Virus record (IMG/VR): IMGVR_UViG_3300034341_000115
Span: 1 to 28,163 of that record
Origin: a virus
Taxonomy: Duplodnaviria; Caudoviricetes
DNA: 28,163 nt
Reading direction: 5' to 3' (one strand)
Shown here piece after piece: positions 24,867 to 28,163 of this stretch. Each line of letters begins with the position of its first letter. Positions within the stretch are counted from its first letter, which is position 1. The notes beneath the pieces were generated by a model. That model saw nothing but the letters and a program-made list of their open reading frames with translations. It did not search any database and was not told where the DNA came from. The position numbers were made by a program, and so were the translations under genes.

Positions 24867-25853
24867 ATGAAACAAGACACATACATCGTAAACACACAAC
24901 AAAACGGCTGGTCACAAAAGATCACAGACACTATCAACTCTGTTGATGATATCGGACTCAATTGGGATGTTCAGAAGACACCTATGGTGGCACTACTCGA
25001 AGGCAAGTATCCTTTGCCTATCAATTCACACGTCAGCATCAATCGCTCTGACTCTAACGAGTCCATCGGAGTGGTCGGCTCTGGCTATGAGCCTATCCAA
25101 AACTCCCGTATCTGGGAAGCTTTGCACCAGTCACTGGAAGGCACGAAGCACGAAGTTGTAGGTGGTGGATACACTCACAACGGTGGTCGAGTGTTCGTTC
25201 AGACCAAGGTCTCAGACAAAGACTTCACCGTCAACGGAGATGCCTTCGATAACTACGTTACATTCTACAGCTCTCACGATGGTAGCTCTGCCTTCGAGAT
25301 GTTCGACACTAGTGTCCGTATGATTTGCCAGAACACTTTCCGTCTGGCTAAAAAGGAGGGAGGCAGAGCCTTCAAGCTCCGTGTTCGACACACTCGGAAC
25401 GCTTCAGTGCGATTCGAGAACGTCATGCAACACCTTGAGTCTATGTTCGACAACCGTAGGGTTGCTTATGAGAAGCTTAACCGCACTACCGAAACTCCTA
25501 TGGCTTATCCAGAGATGATTGCTTGGGCAACTTCGTTCTTCAACAAGTCCAACAAGCTGTCTACTGTAAGTAGTAACAAGGCTCACGAGGCTCGTCGGCT
25601 TGCCATCGGTGGTATAGGCAACAACGGTCGGACATCCTACGACATGTTCAACGGAGTCACGGAGCTACTCACTCACGGCGACCGTCAAACATCCAAGGAT
25701 CGCTCCGCAATCTGGCGTTCGTCAGAGCTAGGAGCAGGTGCTGTACAGAAGGCATCTGCCTTGGAGCAGTTGCACAATATCAACAACCGCACAGCTCACA
25801 TCAACAGAGGTCGTGAGCTTATCAACACTGGCGAGACTTTGCTGTCTGCATAA
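24867..25853 (+). CDS. DUF932/DUF945-family phage/plasmid protein
   Basis: GLNWDV, GVVGSGYEPIQN, SHDGSSA, VRMICQNT, RHT and YDMFNGVTELLTH motifs. Confidence 0.8.
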   Translation: MKQDTYIVNTQQNGWSQKITDTINSVDDIGLNWDVQKTPMVALLEGKYPLPINSHVSINRSDSNESIGVVGSGYEPIQNSRIWEALHQSLEGTKHEVVGGGYTHNGGRVFVQTKVSDKDFTVNGDAFDNYVTFYSSHDGSSAFEMFDTSVRMICQNTFRLAKKEGGRAFKLRVRHTRNASVRFENVMQHLESMFDNRRVAYEKLNRTTETPMAYPEMIAWATSFFNKSNKLSTVSSNKAHEARRLAIGGIGNNGRTSYDMFNGVTELLTHGDRQTSKDRSAIWRSSELGAGAVQKASALEQLHNINNRTAHINRGRELINTGETLLSA

Positions 25854-25870
25854 CTGAAACCCCTACTCCC

Positions 25871-25906
25871 AAATGTCCTGAGCATGACAATAAACTGCTC
25901 ACATTT
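25871..25906 (+). promoter_or_regulatory. H-type RNA pseudoknot / alternative hairpin in gene leader
   Basis: S1 TGTC/GACA, L1 C, S2 TGAGCA/TGCTCA, L3 ATAAAC; ends 9 nt before ATG 25911. Confidence 0.55.
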
Positions 25907-25910
25907 TATT

Positions 25911-26096
25911 ATGGATAACACAACACAACACACAATAGACACAGCCTTTCAACACAAGCAAACCGTAGCGAAGCTCAAGCACGAGCTGTTAGCTAAGGAT
26001 GACGAGATCACACAACTAAAATACGATCTTGAAGCAGAGCGTCACGTGAGTGCGCAGTTGGAAGCACACATAAGCGAATTCCAATCACAATTCTAA
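25911..26096 (+). CDS. Small coiled-coil early protein
   Basis: 61 aa from ATTATG at 25911; heptad pattern VAKLKHELLAKDDEITQLKYDLEAE. Confidence 0.65.
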   Translation: MDNTTQHTIDTAFQHKQTVAKLKHELLAKDDEITQLKYDLEAERHVSAQLEAHISEFQSQF

Positions 26097-26116
26097 GCAA
26101 CCACAATAACACACAT

Positions 26117-26398
26117 ATGAAATACGTAATCAAACTACCTAAGCAAGCAGGCTACCTGTGTCATGCTGGAACTAATCGTGTCGTTATATACGACAACGCA
26201 ACAAGCTACCCTATTGGGATGGATGTGATGGCGTGTAACGGCGAGCGTAAGGCTCTCGAAGGGGACACCCTTCATACTGTCTTTGTGTCGGGCTGGTATG
26301 ACAACAACATCGACGAGATTGAATGTCCTATTAAATCATTACATGATTTCAAAGACTTCTTTAGCGAGTATGACGAGCCTACCGTATACCTACCCTAG
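26117..26398 (+). CDS. Early hypothetical protein
   Basis: 93 aa with CA-rich leader; followed by a terminator. Confidence 0.7.
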   Translation: MKYVIKLPKQAGYLCHAGTNRVVIYDNATSYPIGMDVMACNGERKALEGDTLHTVFVSGWYDNNIDEIECPIKSLHDFKDFFSEYDEPTVYLP

Positions 26399-26408
26399 TT
26401 AAAGATAC

Positions 26409-26447
26409 AGCCAGCCGTCACTTAACAAATGGCGGTTGGCTTTTTTA
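26409..26447 (+). terminator. Intrinsic terminator ending the early gene array
   Basis: AGCCAGCCGTCA-cttaacaaa-TGGCGGTTGGCT followed by a T-tract. Confidence 0.85.
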
Positions 26448-26509
26448 TAAAATACCCGTAAAGGTTGCACTTATTATTATAAGAAACCTACGTATATACA
26501 TCATCCAAT

Positions 26510-26869
26510 ATGCACGAGCCTAAACCCCAATGTCCTCAATTTCGTAGCATTCTTGAACAGTATTTAAGTATTATTTACTACACAAAAGACAAAAAGACAA
26601 ACCTTGAACCTCTCCTCAAGAATAAAAGGAATCATGACATTGCCATCTTATCATTGGTTTACCTTAAGCAACCGATCAATATGACTGCCCTTAAAAATCT
26701 TTTGCTTTGTTCTTCTAGAACATTTGATGCTTGTGTAATCAAGCTACATGAACTTGGTTTCCTTATTATATCTGACAGTAAAGAGGACAAAAGAACCAAG
26801 CTTTTACGCATAACACCGCACACTTACGCTAGTCTTAGTAAATTCATACACGGTATTTACAACTTTTAA
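26510..26869 (+). CDS. MarR-like winged-helix transcriptional regulator
   Basis: KLHELGFLIISDSKEDKRTKLLRIT matches the MarR wing motif (L...G......D.R...L.LT); adjacent to the integrase. Confidence 0.7.
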   Translation: MHEPKPQCPQFRSILEQYLSIIYYTKDKKTNLEPLLKNKRNHDIAILSLVYLKQPINMTALKNLLLCSSRTFDACVIKLHELGFLIISDSKEDKRTKLLRITPHTYASLSKFIHGIYNF

Positions 26870-26915
26870 TAGTAATCCTTACCTATACCTTTTGCGTCTA
26901 TTAATTCTATTCACC

Positions 26916-26944
26916 TTGACATAGATGGTTCTATGTTTTAACTT
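26916..26944 (+). promoter_or_regulatory. Sigma70-type promoter of integrase
   Basis: TTGACA (26916-26921)-17 bp-TAACTT (26939-26944); GGAGG SD at 26960-26964. Confidence 0.55.
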
Positions 26945-26969
26945 ATAACACACACACACGGAGGAACTT

Positions 26970-28061
26970 ATGAAGATAAGAAGGAGAGGCAAGAGCTGGC
27001 AGGCTGATGCACACATAGAAGGCAAGCGAGTTCGCAGACTATTCAAGAGTCTGGCGGATGCCGAAGACTTTGTTACTAACCTAGAGCATCGCTCTAAACT
27101 AGGACTGAAAGTCACGCACATACTCAGCACGAAGAATGCGAGCCTAACCCTGAAGGGTCTAACCGATACTGTTTATGAAGCAGTATGGAAGGACACAGCT
27201 AACGGCATCAATGCGCTACGCAACGTAGAGTTAATCCAAAAGATTGTTGGCACTAACATTAGGGTTGAGGAAATCAACACGATAGTGATTGATGAAATCA
27301 TCCAGACCTTAAAGAACCAAGGCAACAGCAACGGCACAATCAACAACAAGATGTCTGCTCTCATGGTATGCCTGAAGTATGCACACGACAGGGACTGGAT
27401 ACAGAACGTGCCTAAGTTCAAACGATACAAGGCATCCGAAGGTAGGCTACGATACTTCTCGCCCGAAGAGGAGGAGATGATCATCTCTACCAACAAAAGG
27501 CTAGGACAGGAAGACTTCGCTAGCTTCGTGAAGGTTCTCATAGATACGGGATTGCGTACGGGTGAGCTTTGCCGTGTTCAATACAAGGACGTCGTGAAGG
27601 AATCTAACAGGTGGAAGATGTATGTATGGGCGAGAGGACACGACTACAGAACTAAGAACGGAGAGATGCGTATCGTTCCACTATCGGATGAGGTCGTAGA
27701 GATTATGACTAACAAGTGGAATGCGCTTGACATAAACTCTACCCATCCTACTATAGATAATAGTATTACTTCTATTGCACACCGTAATAGTAAAGTTTTT
27801 AACTACACTAAATCTAACATACGCACACAATGGAACAACGTCCGTGACATACTGGGCTACATGGATGACGAGGAGTTTGTTCCTCACCTGTGTAGACACA
27901 CCTGCGCTACTCGCTTAGTGCAAGCAGGAGTCCCACTACTCGCAGTCAAAGACTGGATGGGACACAAGTCTATACAAGTCACGATGCGCTACGCCAAGCT
28001 AGCACCTGACGCTGTCTTTGACGCTCTCGATACACTCAACAAGAAACGAAAAAACAAATAA
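26970..28061 (+). CDS. int: Tyrosine recombinase / phage integrase
   Basis: DTGLRTGEL, TKNG, PHLCRHTCATRL, MGH and RY catalytic R-K-H-R-H-Y set; N-terminal arm-binding-like domain. Confidence 0.93.
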   Translation: MKIRRRGKSWQADAHIEGKRVRRLFKSLADAEDFVTNLEHRSKLGLKVTHILSTKNASLTLKGLTDTVYEAVWKDTANGINALRNVELIQKIVGTNIRVEEINTIVIDEIIQTLKNQGNSNGTINNKMSALMVCLKYAHDRDWIQNVPKFKRYKASEGRLRYFSPEEEEMIISTNKRLGQEDFASFVKVLIDTGLRTGELCRVQYKDVVKESNRWKMYVWARGHDYRTKNGEMRIVPLSDEVVEIMTNKWNALDINSTHPTIDNSITSIAHRNSKVFNYTKSNIRTQWNNVRDILGYMDDEEFVPHLCRHTCATRLVQAGVPLLAVKDWMGHKSIQVTMRYAKLAPDAVFDALDTLNKKRKNK

Positions 28062-28088
28062 ACACACCAGAAATAAACTGAGAGTTGC

Positions 28089-28118
28089 TGTCACAAGTTG
28101 ACCCACTAAATTGTGACA
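28089..28118. repeat. Inverted repeat downstream of integrase (candidate att/arm or operator site)
   Basis: TGTCACAA-14 bp-TTGTGACA perfect inverted repeat. Confidence 0.5.
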
Positions 28119-28163
28119 ATATAAACTCACATAAGCGCACACCCTAGAAGTGAACCGAGAGTT

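Noticed and set aside
1377-27899. Minus-strand and alternate-frame ORFs in the track
   Set aside because: Nearly all are shadows of well-supported plus-strand genes, with no recognisable motifs or initiation signals.

Overview
A 28 kb segment of a T7-like (Autographiviridae-type) podophage genome, probably temperate, with all credible genes on the + strand. Bases 1-20.8 kb hold the late/virion module: portal, scaffold, a small lysis-like cluster, major capsid with a T-phi-like terminator, tail tube A/B, internal virion proteins including an enlarged 1985-aa gp16-position protein with a HExxH domain, a collagen/C1q-like tail fibre, holin and terminases. Bases 20.8-21.7 kb are a palindrome-rich non-coding region, probably the late/early (genome-end) junction. 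Bases 21.7-28.1 kb are an early region of small genes, a DUF932-like gene, a MarR-like regulator and a tyrosine integrase. The most striking content is RNA-level. (1) Three complete type II hammerhead ribozymes, with compensatory stem changes, each start at the stop codon of an early gene and could cut the early transcript into gene-sized RNAs. (2) A promoter- and terminator-bounded ~85-nt small RNA near 21.0 kb is complementary to the integrase translation-initiation region 6 kb away and sits back-to-back with a near-consensus leftward promoter. (3) Repeated stop-to-start intergenic modules and an H-type pseudoknot separate other early genes. All calls come from reading the sequence; no searches or folding programs were run.
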